Below are positions 40,724 to 50,543 of a stretch of DNA of 64,000 nucleotides, piece by piece (positions within the stretch are counted from its first letter, which is position 1; each line of letters opens with the position of its first letter). The stretch comes from Phycisphaerae bacterium (GTDB lineage: Bacteria > Planctomycetota > Phycisphaerae > UBA1845), in assembly GCA_963666835.2 (NCBI GenBank), contig CAXXGO010000001.1:832001-896000 (forward strand). Reading direction: 5' to 3'. Both the position numbers and the translations under genes were made by a program. Under the pieces are notes generated by a model, which searched no databases, was not told the origin of the DNA, and was given only the letters and a program-made list of their open reading frames with translations.

Positions 40724-42649
40724 CTACTGGAGGCTGACCAGGACAAGAACCAAACCCGTACCCTCGGAAAGCGAGGTCATCGCCTTTCCGATCATGGCGC
40801 CCTGGGCTCTGGCCCGGTCGGTGACCTTCATGGCGTGCCCTGGCACATTGGACGTAGTCAGCAGATCGCCGGGTCTGATTGCCCCGTTGGACGCATCGCA
40901 CAAGGTCCACACTCGCCCGGTCAGGGCGATCGGGTGTTTGCCGTCGGCCATCGTACCATTCTGGCCCATGAGCATGCCGGGCTTGACTCCGCCCGCGCCA
41001 CTGACCACGCCCGCGACCGTGCAATCGTACGGCCGGTCAGCCACCACCAGCTTACCGGGGTTCTCGGCGTCGATCGCCACGACCATGCCGGGCTCGACGT
41101 CCACGCCTTCCGAGGCCACATCAAACTGCTCGGACAGATCGGCCCCGCCGGTTATCTCCAGCACGGAGACCTTGGTCCAGCCGTCATGATCTACGCTGAA
41201 GACTCTACCGCCGGTGTATTCGTTATACGCGACGATGAACTCGCCGTCCGCGTTGTCCCTCGAGAGCCAGAGAACCTCCCCGGTGCCTTCGTTCCGTGCG
41301 TGCACGGTCGACCAGGAGCCCACGCTGGTTATGTAGGCCGCTATGCCGGTGTTCGGCTGTGTATTGTGCACCTGAAGCGTCGCGTCACCTGTTCCCGCTC
41401 CAGCACTCTCAACATACAGGGCGGTACCGTCCGAACTCGTGTTGACGAAGTGACCGCCGTACCCACTCGTACTGGAGGACGTTCCTTTCACGCCCGCGCC
41501 TCCGCTCTGGGTGCAAGATCCCAAGACACCGGCAACTTTACCCAAAGCTTCAACACCATAACCACTCGGGGCGCTCGAGGTTGCAATGATGCCGCGCGCG
41601 GAACCGGAGGTAGACGTAGCAAGGGCAGCCATGGCCGCATACGCACTCAGCGCAGTCTGAGCCTTGATCCCGTATAACGTGCCATTCGCATCCGCTCTGA
41701 GTGAGGCCTCTACGTCCGGGCTGGCGCCGATGCCGACATTGTCATCCATTCTGGCGTCGCCGGAGACATGGAGGCTTTCCGTCGGGCTGGAGGTTCCGAT
41801 GCCGACGTTGCCCGCGGTATAATAGACATTGCTGCCGGACTGGGACCAGAGGCTCTCCCCGCCGCCGGACGCAGTCGTCTGAAGCGTGCCGTCAGGGAAC
41901 ATGATTCCGTCGACGCCTGCCGACCCGCCGATGTGCAGCTTCGCAGCCGGGTTCGACGTGCCAATGCCAACCCGATCACTGAAGTAGCCGCGTCCCTCGA
42001 ACCAGCCGCCATAGCCATTGGCAAAAGTCGACTCGCCCACGACCCCGGCCCACTCATGTCCCAGGTACCCCCGGGTGCCTTCACCTTGACACTCTCCTCC
42101 AACTGCGGTCGAGTCGTCGTCGACCACCTGCAGCGTATATAAGGGTGAGGAAGTGCCGACGCCGACCCTGCCGGTGTTAAAGAAAATGTTGGCGCCCGAT
42201 GCGGACCAAAGGCTCTCCGCTCCATTGAGAGCGTGCAGCGCATAAGGCGCGGGCCGAACTGGCTGGCGCGGGCTGAGGGTCGCCCAGTTGCCCTCGCCAG
42301 ACGGAAACTCGGCCCTGATCTCCAGCCATCGAGCGTTACCGTCAAACGCTGCGGGACCGAAATCCAACTCGACGGTGAACAAGCCGTCGACGACGTCGAC
42401 GAAAGACTTGCCGACAGTGTCGATGAGCGTGCCCCCCGTCGCGGCGTCATAGAGCCTGAAGCTTAAATCGGCCTGCCCCTCGACTGGCACACCGCCCGAT
42501 TTGAGTTGACCCTGGTAGGTGAAACTCGTCCCCACCGGTTCGGCAGCCAGGCCTGGCAGAGCCATGGCTCCACCCGCCACCACCATCACTATCATCCGGA
42601 CGGCCCAACCCGTTGCTTTGGTTTTCATGATTTGCCTCGTAGTCATCAT
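40724..42649 (-). CDS. Secreted fibre-like protein (FTYQG N-domain, VGIGT repeats, C-terminal autoprocessing/chaperone-like domain)
   Basis: SFTYQGQL, two LWS.SG.N..Y..G.VG(I/V)GTSSP repeats, GADLSEQF..., GRV, PGDLLTTS..PG.AM, IGKA. Confidence 0.75.
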   Translation of the reverse strand: MMTTRQIMKTKATGWAVRMIVMVVAGGAMALPGLAAEPVGTSFTYQGQLKSGGVPVEGQADLSFRLYDAATGGTLIDTVGKSFVDVVDGLFTVELDFGPAAFDGNARWLEIRAEFPSGEGNWATLSPRQPVRPAPYALHALNGAESLWSASGANIFFNTGRVGVGTSSPLYTLQVVDDDSTAVGGECQGEGTRGYLGHEWAGVVGESTFANGYGGWFEGRGYFSDRVGIGTSNPAAKLHIGGSAGVDGIMFPDGTLQTTASGGGESLWSQSGSNVYYTAGNVGIGTSSPTESLHVSGDARMDDNVGIGASPDVEASLRADANGTLYGIKAQTALSAYAAMAALATSTSGSARGIIATSSAPSGYGVEALGKVAGVLGSCTQSGGAGVKGTSSSTSGYGGHFVNTSSDGTALYVESAGAGTGDATLQVHNTQPNTGIAAYITSVGSWSTVHARNEGTGEVLWLSRDNADGEFIVAYNEYTGGRVFSVDHDGWTKVSVLEITGGADLSEQFDVASEGVDVEPGMVVAIDAENPGKLVVADRPYDCTVAGVVSGAGGVKPGMLMGQNGTMADGKHPIALTGRVWTLCDASNGAIRPGDLLTTSNVPGHAMKVTDRARAQGAMIGKAMTSLSEGTGLVLVLVSLQ

Positions 42650-42711
42650 GGTCTTCCTCGCACTATCTGGGCGGTTTCGAAGCTTGTGGATCACGACTTG
42701 TGATCCGACTG

Positions 42712-43167
42712 TCACGAACCGCTGAACAATCGTTGAAACGCCGCGACATCCTTCAGATCGATGTCCTGGTCCTCATCGAAATCGAAGCACGCACAGGAAG
42801 GATCGACGGGCTCGCCGCCAGGCCCGGATGTGCAGGTGTTGAGCTCAGCGTAGTCGAACAGGTCGACTCCGCCGTCACCGTTGCTGTCGCCCGGGGGCTG
42901 GCCGTGCCAGAAGCCGCCGGTAAGCGTGAGCCCGCCGCCGCTCAGGACGCCGGCGTCCGGCTGCCCAATGGTCCCGGATAATTCGAACTCGCCCCCGATG
43001 CTGAGCGTGCTGCCGCCCCCATCCATCGTGAACCGACTGATTTCAAAGGTCGGTTCCTCCATAGGATTTGCCGTGTCCGTAATCGCACCGGCGATCAGCA
43101 CGCCGTTGCCAACCGCAGCGACCGTCAGCAGGACTAGGGTTACCTGCCTTCTTATTCCGAATCGCAC
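42712..43167 (-). CDS. Small secreted protein (DGGG..LSGTIGQ..GGFW motif) with dockerin-like C-terminus
   Basis: GTG 43167 after GGAGG; signal peptide; GDSNGDGGVDLFDY...DFDEDQDIDLKD. Confidence 0.75.
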   Translation of the reverse strand: MRFGIRRQVTLVLLTVAAVGNGVLIAGAITDTANPMEEPTFEISRFTMDGGGSTLSIGGEFELSGTIGQPDAGVLSGGGLTLTGGFWHGQPPGDSNGDGGVDLFDYAELNTCTSGPGGEPVDPSCACFDFDEDQDIDLKDVAAFQRLFSGS

Positions 43168-43477
43168 GTCCCTACCTCCCCAATGGGCTGCCTCGCTCGT
43201 GCCGCAAGGCGCGGCGTCCGGTAACAACAGCCGGAACCGGCCGTGAAGCGCCTGTCCTCCACAGATAGCGCCGGCCCGGTACGAAATGGACGCTGGGCGA
43301 CGGGAATAGTCGGACTTTCCGTGAGGAGGTCGTTTAATCCGGAGGTGGCGTCTTTGCCGGAAGGCGGTCATTGATAGAATGGGGGCTGGACTTATGGTCG
43401 TTGTTCGGGCCGCGATCATTCATCATAGTGCCTAGGGATCGCTTAGAGCCGTCCGACGACCCGGCAGCTTTTGAACC

Positions 43478-44092
43478 ATGGGTTCAGAAACCACTCAACC
43501 GTCATTGCTGTCACGAGTGCGTGATCCGGACAACGACTCCGCATGGCGAGAATTCGACGCCAAGTACCGGGAATTGATCCTGCGCTATTGCCGCGCCCGC
43601 GGCTTGCAGACCACCGACGCGGAGGACGTTCGCCAGATCGCGATGGCGAATCTGGCCAAGAGCCTGCGATCGTTCGAGTACAAGCCCGCGCGGGGGCGTT
43701 TTCGCGGCTACCTCGGCCAAGTGGTGCGGAGTGCGATTTCGCGCCATTTCAGCCGTCCAGATGCATCGCCCCGCGCGCTAGATACTAATGTGCTGGCCGC
43801 CGTCGAGGCCGACGATGCCGGGCAGGCGGATGAGGTCTGGGAGCGCGAATGGGCCCGGCACCACTACCGCCTAGCCATGCAGAGCGTTCGCGCCTCATTC
43901 GATGCGAAGAGCGTGCAGATTTTCGACCGGCTTCTCGCCGGGGATGGAGTGAACCAGTTGGCGTCTGATTTTCAGACAACGACTCAGGCTGTGCACAAGA
44001 TCAAACAGCGGATCCGTGACCGGCTGAAGGAGTTGATCGCGGCCCAGATTAGACAGGAGGATGATGACGGCAGTGCCTCCATCGCGCCATAA
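43478..44092 (+). CDS. ECF sigma-70 factor (planctomycete kinase-associated type)
   Basis: TTQPSLL.R, AW.EF..KY, DAEDV.Q, RGRFRGYL, WEREW. Overlaps the downstream STK. Confidence 0.88.
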   Translation: MGSETTQPSLLSRVRDPDNDSAWREFDAKYRELILRYCRARGLQTTDAEDVRQIAMANLAKSLRSFEYKPARGRFRGYLGQVVRSAISRHFSRPDASPRALDTNVLAAVEADDAGQADEVWEREWARHHYRLAMQSVRASFDAKSVQIFDRLLAGDGVNQLASDFQTTTQAVHKIKQRIRDRLKELIAAQIRQEDDDGSASIAP

Positions 44093-46592
44093 TCCGCTGC
44101 AAATCGGCGAAGTCCCCGACTCGTTCGGTTTTGGCGACGAGTCCGATGAGTGGATGGATCGTGTGCGCGAGGCGGAAACACCGGCGACGCTCGGCTGCAT
44201 CGGTCCGTATGAGCTAATCGAGGAAATAAGCCGCGGGGGGCAGGGCATCGTCTATCGTGCGCGCCAACCGGGCACCAAACGCGAGATAGTGGTGAAGCGT
44301 TTGCTGGCCGGCTCCTTCGCAACCCCGGCGATGCTTCGGCGATTCGAGCGTGAGGTCGAGCTGGCGGCTTCGTTAAACCACCCCGGCATCGTTACGGTGT
44401 TTGGAATCGAGATAGTCGACGGCCAGCCGCTACTGGCGATGGAGTGGATCGACGGCGTGCCGATCGATGAATGGGCGGCAGGGGGAGAGTCCGGCCACCG
44501 ACCACCGAAGCAGATCGCGGCAGTAATGCGCGACGTGTGCGACGCGGTGCGACACGCACATCAACACGGCGTGATCCACCGTGATCTTAAGCCGTCGAAC
44601 ATCCTTGTGGATCAAAGTGGCGTTCCGCATGTACTGGACTTCGGCCTTGCCCGGCCGATCGGGTCGGATGCCCAAGAAGGACAGACGGTTACCTTGACGG
44701 AGCAATTCGTTGGTACGCCCGCCTACGCTTCTCCTGAGCATCTGCGCAGTGGCACCAGTGTGGTCGACGTCAGAGCCGACGTGTATTCACTTGGTGTGGT
44801 TCTGTATAACTGCCTGACCGGTACCCTTCCCTACGATGTCGGAGGTGACCTGCCCGATGTCTTCCATCGCATCGAGCACGCGGAGCCGATCCGCCCGTCC
44901 AGCATTGCACCTCATCTCGACCGAGACATCGAATCCATCGTTTTGAAGGCCCTGACCAAGGAGAAGGAGCTGCGGTATCAGTCAGTTGATCTGCTCGCGG
45001 AGGATCTGCGCCGCTACCTCGAGAACGAACCGATCCTCGCCCGCCCGCCGGGCACCCTCTACCAGTTTGGGAAGTTCGCAAAGCGCAACAAAAAGCTGGT
45101 GACCGCCGTGATCATCGCGTTTGCCGCTCTGACCTGGGCAATGATTGGCGTGACGTTGGAGCGCAATCGCGCGCTTCGGGCCGAGGAAGCTGCCGAGCGG
45201 CAGGCCGCCATAGCCCAGGCCGTCAACGACTTCCTTAACGACGATCTTCTATCGGCGGTTGACCCGCTGAAACAGCAGGGGCGCGATGTCACGGTCCTCG
45301 AAGTCCTGCAAAAGGCATCGGAGACCATCGAGGACAGGTTCAACGAAGAACCCCTTGTCGAGGCTGCGGTTCGGCTGACGTTGGGAAACACGTACATGAA
45401 CCTGGGGCAATTCGAACTGGCCGAGCCGCATCTTGTCCAGGCACATGCCTTGCGGCAGGAAGAAGTGGGCGAGGATCATATCGATTCGCTGGAGTCTCTA
45501 ATGCTCCTGGGTCACTTGCGTGTCAGACAGGGGCAATATTTGGAAGCTGAGCCTCTGCTGATCAGGAACCTGGAACTCCACCGCCGTGTGTTGGGTAAAG
45601 ACGACCCCGACACGTTGAGCGCCATGGAGGTACTGGGAGTGTTGTACCGGCGGCTGGGCCGGTACAACGAGGCGGAGCCGCTCTATCTCGAGGTGCTGGA
45701 GACGCGCCGCCGAGTCCTCGGCGAAGAGCACCGCCACACGATCGTGGCCCTGCGGAATCTCGCCATCCTCTACAAGGAGAGAAAGGAGTACGACAAGGCG
45801 GAGCCGCTCTACAGCGAGGCCCTGGAACTCGGCCGACGCGTCCTGGGCGACAAGCACCCAGACACGTTGGGCGCGCTGAGCAGCCTGGCCACTTTGTACC
45901 AGGGCCAACGAAGGTTCGACGAAGCGGAGCCCCTGCAAATAGAGGTCATCCAGACCCAACGAGACCTGCTCGGCAAGGACCACCCGGACACCCTGGCGTC
46001 CAGGCAGAGCCTAGCTTTCCTCTACCTCTCCCAGCGCAAACTTGATCAGGCCGAGTCGCTCTTTCAAGAGATCCTCGAAGCCCGGTGTCGGGTGCTGGGC
46101 GAGGAACATCCGCATACGCTCGACACGATGTATGGTCTATCAGCCGTCTACCACTACTTGGAGCAGTACCACAAGGCGGAAGCGATGATGGCCCAAGTGA
46201 TGGAGGCCTATCGACGGGTTCTCGGTGAGGATAACCCCAACACGGTGAACTCCATCGCGGCCGTGGCAAAGCTCCGGTGGCATCAGGGCCGGTTCGAGGA
46301 AGCCCTGCCGCTCTACCGCGAAGCGCTCGAGAAGCGCAGCCGCGCCATGGGTGAGGACCACCCGCGGTCCCTTCGTTTGCTCCGCGGGCTCGTGACGACG
46401 CTCGTAGCTTTGAAGCGGTTTGAGGAGGCGGAGCCCCTCGCGAGAGACTGCTATGAGCGACACGCGAGGGTGTTCGGCCCGGACGACAAGGAGAATCGAG
46501 CGGTCACTGAGCTTCTGGCCGAGCTCTACCAGGGGTGGGGTAAACCTGAAAGGGCGGATGAATACCGCGCCCTGCTGGGCGACGAACCGTGA
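44061..46592 (+). CDS. Serine/threonine protein kinase with TM and TPR repeats
   Basis: GGQGIVY, HRDLKPSN, LDFGLA, GTPAYASPE, DVYSLG; LG..HP.TL TPR repeats. Confidence 0.95.
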   Translation: MMTAVPPSRHNPLQIGEVPDSFGFGDESDEWMDRVREAETPATLGCIGPYELIEEISRGGQGIVYRARQPGTKREIVVKRLLAGSFATPAMLRRFEREVELAASLNHPGIVTVFGIEIVDGQPLLAMEWIDGVPIDEWAAGGESGHRPPKQIAAVMRDVCDAVRHAHQHGVIHRDLKPSNILVDQSGVPHVLDFGLARPIGSDAQEGQTVTLTEQFVGTPAYASPEHLRSGTSVVDVRADVYSLGVVLYNCLTGTLPYDVGGDLPDVFHRIEHAEPIRPSSIAPHLDRDIESIVLKALTKEKELRYQSVDLLAEDLRRYLENEPILARPPGTLYQFGKFAKRNKKLVTAVIIAFAALTWAMIGVTLERNRALRAEEAAERQAAIAQAVNDFLNDDLLSAVDPLKQQGRDVTVLEVLQKASETIEDRFNEEPLVEAAVRLTLGNTYMNLGQFELAEPHLVQAHALRQEEVGEDHIDSLESLMLLGHLRVRQGQYLEAEPLLIRNLELHRRVLGKDDPDTLSAMEVLGVLYRRLGRYNEAEPLYLEVLETRRRVLGEEHRHTIVALRNLAILYKERKEYDKAEPLYSEALELGRRVLGDKHPDTLGALSSLATLYQGQRRFDEAEPLQIEVIQTQRDLLGKDHPDTLASRQSLAFLYLSQRKLDQAESLFQEILEARCRVLGEEHPHTLDTMYGLSAVYHYLEQYHKAEAMMAQVMEAYRRVLGEDNPNTVNSIAAVAKLRWHQGRFEEALPLYREALEKRSRAMGEDHPRSLRLLRGLVTTLVALKRFEEAEPLARDCYERHARVFGPDDKENRAVTELLAELYQGWGKPERADEYRALLGDEP

Positions 46593-47049
46593 AACGCATT
46601 TGCACAGCGACCTGATCGCAAGCCCGCAGTCTAACGTGACGTCCTCTGAGCTATGCAGGAGACCCGCGCAGGTCGACCAGAGCGGGTCCGATATGTCGAG
46701 GGCTCGCCGGATCGGTCGCGTGGATGTGATTCCGGGCGACGTGTGTGCCAGAGCTCGGCCACGGCGTGAGCATGAGCGACGGGGGGCGCGAAGCGGTATC
46801 ATACGCGAGTGCCGAGGGATTGGTTGACAGATCCGGCTACAGTGGTAGAAGCAGGCCGCCGGCTCCACGAGCGAGGGCCCACAATGTTGGCACGCTCCCT
46901 CGTCGGTCTCGAGGAGCTGCCAATGGGCATTCGTGGCGGCGACATGATGTCCGCAGAACAGGCAGTGCGCCCGGCCGGCCCAGGTGCGGCGTGCAGCATC
47001 ATACCAGGATGCAGCTACCAGGGCGAGGGTTGCGATGCTTTGCAGTCGG

Positions 47050-48141
47050 TCAGGCTGCCACGCGATAGTAGTGTCGCAAGAGGCCGCCGAGGAACCGTTG
47101 ACAACGGATGCGGCCAAGTGGCGTTGGTGGATCGTATCGCGATTCCTCGAGTGGTCCTGTGGCTGCGGCAGGCAACGTGCGATTCCCGAGGCCCTGGTGA
47201 GGGCGATGCTCGTTGAAGAAGCGCACGTATTGCTGGCCAATGTGGTTGAGATGGCCGAGGCTGAAGCACAGGAAGTAGTCCAATGCCTCTCGCTTGAGGG
47301 CCCCTATCCAGGCCTCAGCGAAGGCATTCGCATCGGGAGCAAGGAGCGGTGTTCGCAAACAGCGGATGCCGTCACTCTTGAATAAACGACGGAACGCAGC
47401 CGAGAGCTTCGTGTCGCGGTCGTGGATGAGGAACCGCGCCCCGAGCCGCTGATCTTCGAGCCACATCATCGCGTTCCACCCTTGCTGTTGGACCCACCGA
47501 TCGTCAGGGTGATACGTAGGCGGACTGAGAAACACCTTGCGCGTGCCGATATGGATGAACGCGAGGCAATAAGCGACCCGGATACCGAAGGGCGTAACCA
47601 CGTTCTTGGTGAAAAAGTCGCAGGCAACGAGCGTATCCAAGTGAAGTCGGATGAACTTCCTCCATGTTGTTTCGTCAGCCCTCCCTCGACGTGTGGGGGA
47701 GGGAGTCAGTCCTTCTTCCTTCAGGATCCGCCGGACCGAGGACCGGCCGAGCTTGAGCCGGAGCTTCCGGAGCTCGCCGACGATGCGGCGATAGCCCCAG
47801 CCGGCGTTCTCCTTGGCCAAGCGGATGACGACTTTGCGCATATTGCGGGCGATCTTCGGGCGGCCGACGCGTTTCGGTTGGCGCTCTTCCCTTAGCTCCG
47901 TCACCCAGCGACAATACGTCCGTGGCGTGACGATGCCGATCACGTCGGCGACATCGTGGTCGAGCTCCTGGCCGATTGCCAGCAGCCGGGCGCGATCGTT
48001 TGGGCTGGGAATGACCCGGTTACCGCCGAGCTTGCGTCGTAGGATCTCGACCTGGGCTTTGAGGAAGCGGATGCGGGCATCGCGGCGCGCGGCGCCGGCT
48101 TCAAAGAGGAGGTGCAGAGCGACGTAGAACCAGCGGAGCAT
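47050..48141 (-). CDS. Integrase core domain (rve) transposase of a second, diverged element
   Basis: WGYRRI.GEL, CDFFT, HDRDTK, PDANAFAE.WI...KRE.LD, LGGLLRHY. Element ends not resolved. Confidence 0.9.
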   Translation of the reverse strand: MLRWFYVALHLLFEAGAARRDARIRFLKAQVEILRRKLGGNRVIPSPNDRARLLAIGQELDHDVADVIGIVTPRTYCRWVTELREERQPKRVGRPKIARNMRKVVIRLAKENAGWGYRRIVGELRKLRLKLGRSSVRRILKEEGLTPSPTRRGRADETTWRKFIRLHLDTLVACDFFTKNVVTPFGIRVAYCLAFIHIGTRKVFLSPPTYHPDDRWVQQQGWNAMMWLEDQRLGARFLIHDRDTKLSAAFRRLFKSDGIRCLRTPLLAPDANAFAEAWIGALKREALDYFLCFSLGHLNHIGQQYVRFFNEHRPHQGLGNRTLPAAATGPLEESRYDPPTPLGRIRCQRFLGGLLRHYYRVAA

Positions 48142-48429
48142 AGTGCCTGAATCCTAAAGAAGAACCGGCGAAAATACGGCAATGAGAACCCTCCGACATT
48201 TTGAACCCCCGCCCAACGAAGGGCAACCCGCGGCCAGACTGAGCTACGGCCTCGACCTGCCGCTGGCTGTGGTCAGAACCACGTCCGTACGCTTGACGAG
48301 TGTCCACAAAACGTCCAACATTTTGCCCACGTCATGCTCAACATGCTGAGCATGCTGATTTCGGTTAGTCTCTGCAAAACAAGAGCTTACGCATAAGTCC
48401 GGGTGTGGCAGTAGTTTACGATTTTCGCA

Positions 48430-48479
48430 CTCGTCACGCTCATAACCCGGAGGGGCAAAATGTAAACAAATTGTAAACA
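48430..48479 (+). repeat. Partial tRNA-Met duplicate (att-like core) with direct repeats
   Basis: CTCGTCacGCTCATAACCCGGAGG is a 22/24 match to tRNA 35709-35732, followed by TGTAAACA x2. Confidence 0.7.
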
Positions 48480-48752
48480 TCAGCCCGCCGTAATCGGCCC
48501 GCCAGCGTCGATAGGTGCGTCATCCTTCCTCTTGGCAATCGGGCAAATCGCGACCGTGGCGCATGAACAGCCCTTGCACCTTAATGAACGCCTCGCAAGC
48601 CGGCACGCGGCCACGACGGCGGCGGCTACACAGGCAAGCACAATGACATCCTATGCGCCCATAGAGCCGATCCCCAGGGAACTCCTGCCGTCAAGTAAAT
48701 CGCGTCTTAATGCCTGCGGCTCACTCTGGCACCACGCAGTCTTCACCGCCGT

Positions 48753-49688
48753 TCACGAATCATCGACCCAGTCCTGGACATCCTCCTCCGCCGTTACGGG
48801 AGGGCATTGGGACTGATCCGTGATACACATGTCCTCGTAGGCGAAGTTGAATTCTCTGGCGACTTGTCGAAAAGCAGCGTCTACTTCGGGAGGCATCGCG
48901 GCATTGGACGGTTCGGGTACACGGGTCATGATATTCGCCCCGGCGTACTCGCCGGCAGGAGTTGAGCCACAATACGTGTACATAATCCAATCCGGATCAG
49001 GTCTGGAAAGGACGTACCAGCGTTCATGCTGAGGTTGAAGGGGTGAATTGGTGTAGGAGACTTCCAGCAAGCCAGGTTCCTGCTCGCTTATCCTGGGCTC
49101 CGCGATCAAGTGAACGGCTTCTTCTTCGTTACAACCACCGTCTTCCGCAGGGCCACGGAAGGATGTATGATACCACCACTGTTGTGCATGATAGACCCAG
49201 GAACTCGATCGGCACGGAAGGGCATCGTATCCACCTTCCCAATTCGACCCAGGCACACCACAGTTCAGGCCCCGCACCTCCAGCCATGTGCCCTCGATCT
49301 CGTCAAGGCTCCCAAGAACATGTACTTTGTGAACGTTCTCGCCGGTAACCAGACATTGGCCATCCGTGCCTTCCGGCAAGGTTGGTAAACAACCGTTGCC
49401 GGCAAAGCATTGAACCAAGAGGCTGTATATCTCGCTCTCTTCTCCTTGAGCGAGTTGACAGAACAGGTGGCAGGCCTGACTGTGTGCCCCTGCTGAACCG
49501 CATTCCGCGTTGCATGTGAGTGTTTCACGGCAAGGAGGCTCCAACACGCAAAGAACCATCTCTAAAGGGCATTTGGTCAGACCACACATTAACAGTTCTA
49601 GGTCCGAGTTCGTGGCGTTGAAGGAGTTGCAGCCTTGACTCAACGCCAGAGTGAAAAGAACGAGAAAGGCAAGATATATTCTACTCAC
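48753..49688 (-). CDS. Violaxanthin de-epoxidase (VDE/VDL/VDR)-like lipoprotein: Cys-rich domain + lipocalin
   Basis: Lipobox-like SQGC; ten-Cys N-domain with VDE spacing; GTW...RGLN, YDALPC, PGLL, ERWYVLS, MYTYCG, YAGANIMTR, TDQSQC. Confidence 0.8.
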   Translation of the reverse strand: MSRIYLAFLVLFTLALSQGCNSFNATNSDLELLMCGLTKCPLEMVLCVLEPPCRETLTCNAECGSAGAHSQACHLFCQLAQGEESEIYSLLVQCFAGNGCLPTLPEGTDGQCLVTGENVHKVHVLGSLDEIEGTWLEVRGLNCGVPGSNWEGGYDALPCRSSSWVYHAQQWWYHTSFRGPAEDGGCNEEEAVHLIAEPRISEQEPGLLEVSYTNSPLQPQHERWYVLSRPDPDWIMYTYCGSTPAGEYAGANIMTRVPEPSNAAMPPEVDAAFRQVAREFNFAYEDMCITDQSQCPPVTAEEDVQDWVDDS

Positions 49689-49889
49689 TTCTGCCCCAGT
49701 CCTAGTAGTTTGCGAGGTCAACGCATCACCCGACATTTCCCAGCTATCGAACCTCACGGTCCATCGATACACCAGTAGATCAGCAGGGCCGTACCGAAGC
49801 CCTTGGCCGGATCGTCCACCACCGGCCAGATTGGCGCGAGCCCATCATCCGAGTAGTATTCTCCGATCTCGTCGTGCATTACGGCTTCC

Positions 49890-50543
49890 TCATGTCGCCC
49901 CGAAGCTCTCATCTGCGTTCCCGACGATTTCAACGGGCAGTTGCACCTCGCCGTACTTCAAGAACCCGAGCACGAACGGGCTGTTGTACGCCAAATAGCG
50001 CGGCGGACCGATGATGCGAACCTGACCTGCACGCTGTTGGACCCACGCATTCAGCCGGCCGATCGCCTTCTCGAAGTTGGCGTTGGTATAACCGCCTCGG
50101 ACGCCGATGGATACCACGGTCATGGCGGGAACATCTTCAACAACGACGCGCTGATCGGCGGCATCTGTTCCTGAAGTGCCCCACGATGGCTCGCCGTACA
50201 GAAACGCCATCGATGTAGCGCCCTCGCTGGGTTCAACGTGTTCGGGATAGCCCATCTCCACCGGGGCAGTCATGGGGATGTCGTTCCGCTTGATGTGGTT
50301 GAACAACGGACGGAACATCACGTTGGGGCGGCCTTTGACCCCACCCTCGCCTCTCTGAATGCGCGCCATGCGGTATGCCGGATACTCCTTGACGATGATG
50401 TCGCCCACGCGGCCGGGCGAAGGGAAACCGGCCGGCAGCTTTGCTTCCTTGAACATGAACGGACGTTTCATTTCATTGTTGCCCGCGCAGCCCGCCAGCG
50501 GGGCCAGCGGGATAATCAAGGCAAGATGAAAAACGGATCGCAT
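49890..50543 (-). CDS. SOUL heme-binding family lipoprotein
   Basis: Lipobox LAGC; KEYPAYR.A, FRPLFNHI, IPMTAPV, MAFLY, YNSPF. Confidence 0.88.
   Translation of the reverse strand: MRSVFHLALIIPLAPLAGCAGNNEMKRPFMFKEAKLPAGFPSPGRVGDIIVKEYPAYRMARIQRGEGGVKGRPNVMFRPLFNHIKRNDIPMTAPVEMGYPEHVEPSEGATSMAFLYGEPSWGTSGTDAADQRVVVEDVPAMTVVSIGVRGGYTNANFEKAIGRLNAWVQQRAGQVRIIGPPRYLAYNSPFVLGFLKYGEVQLPVEIVGNADESFGAT

Noticed and set aside
46740..46760. Left terminus of the third rve element
   Set aside because: Similarity to the putative right end near 48195-48212 is too weak to call.
48430..48453. Second tRNA-Met gene
   Set aside because: Only the anticodon arm region matches; there is no acceptor stem or T arm.
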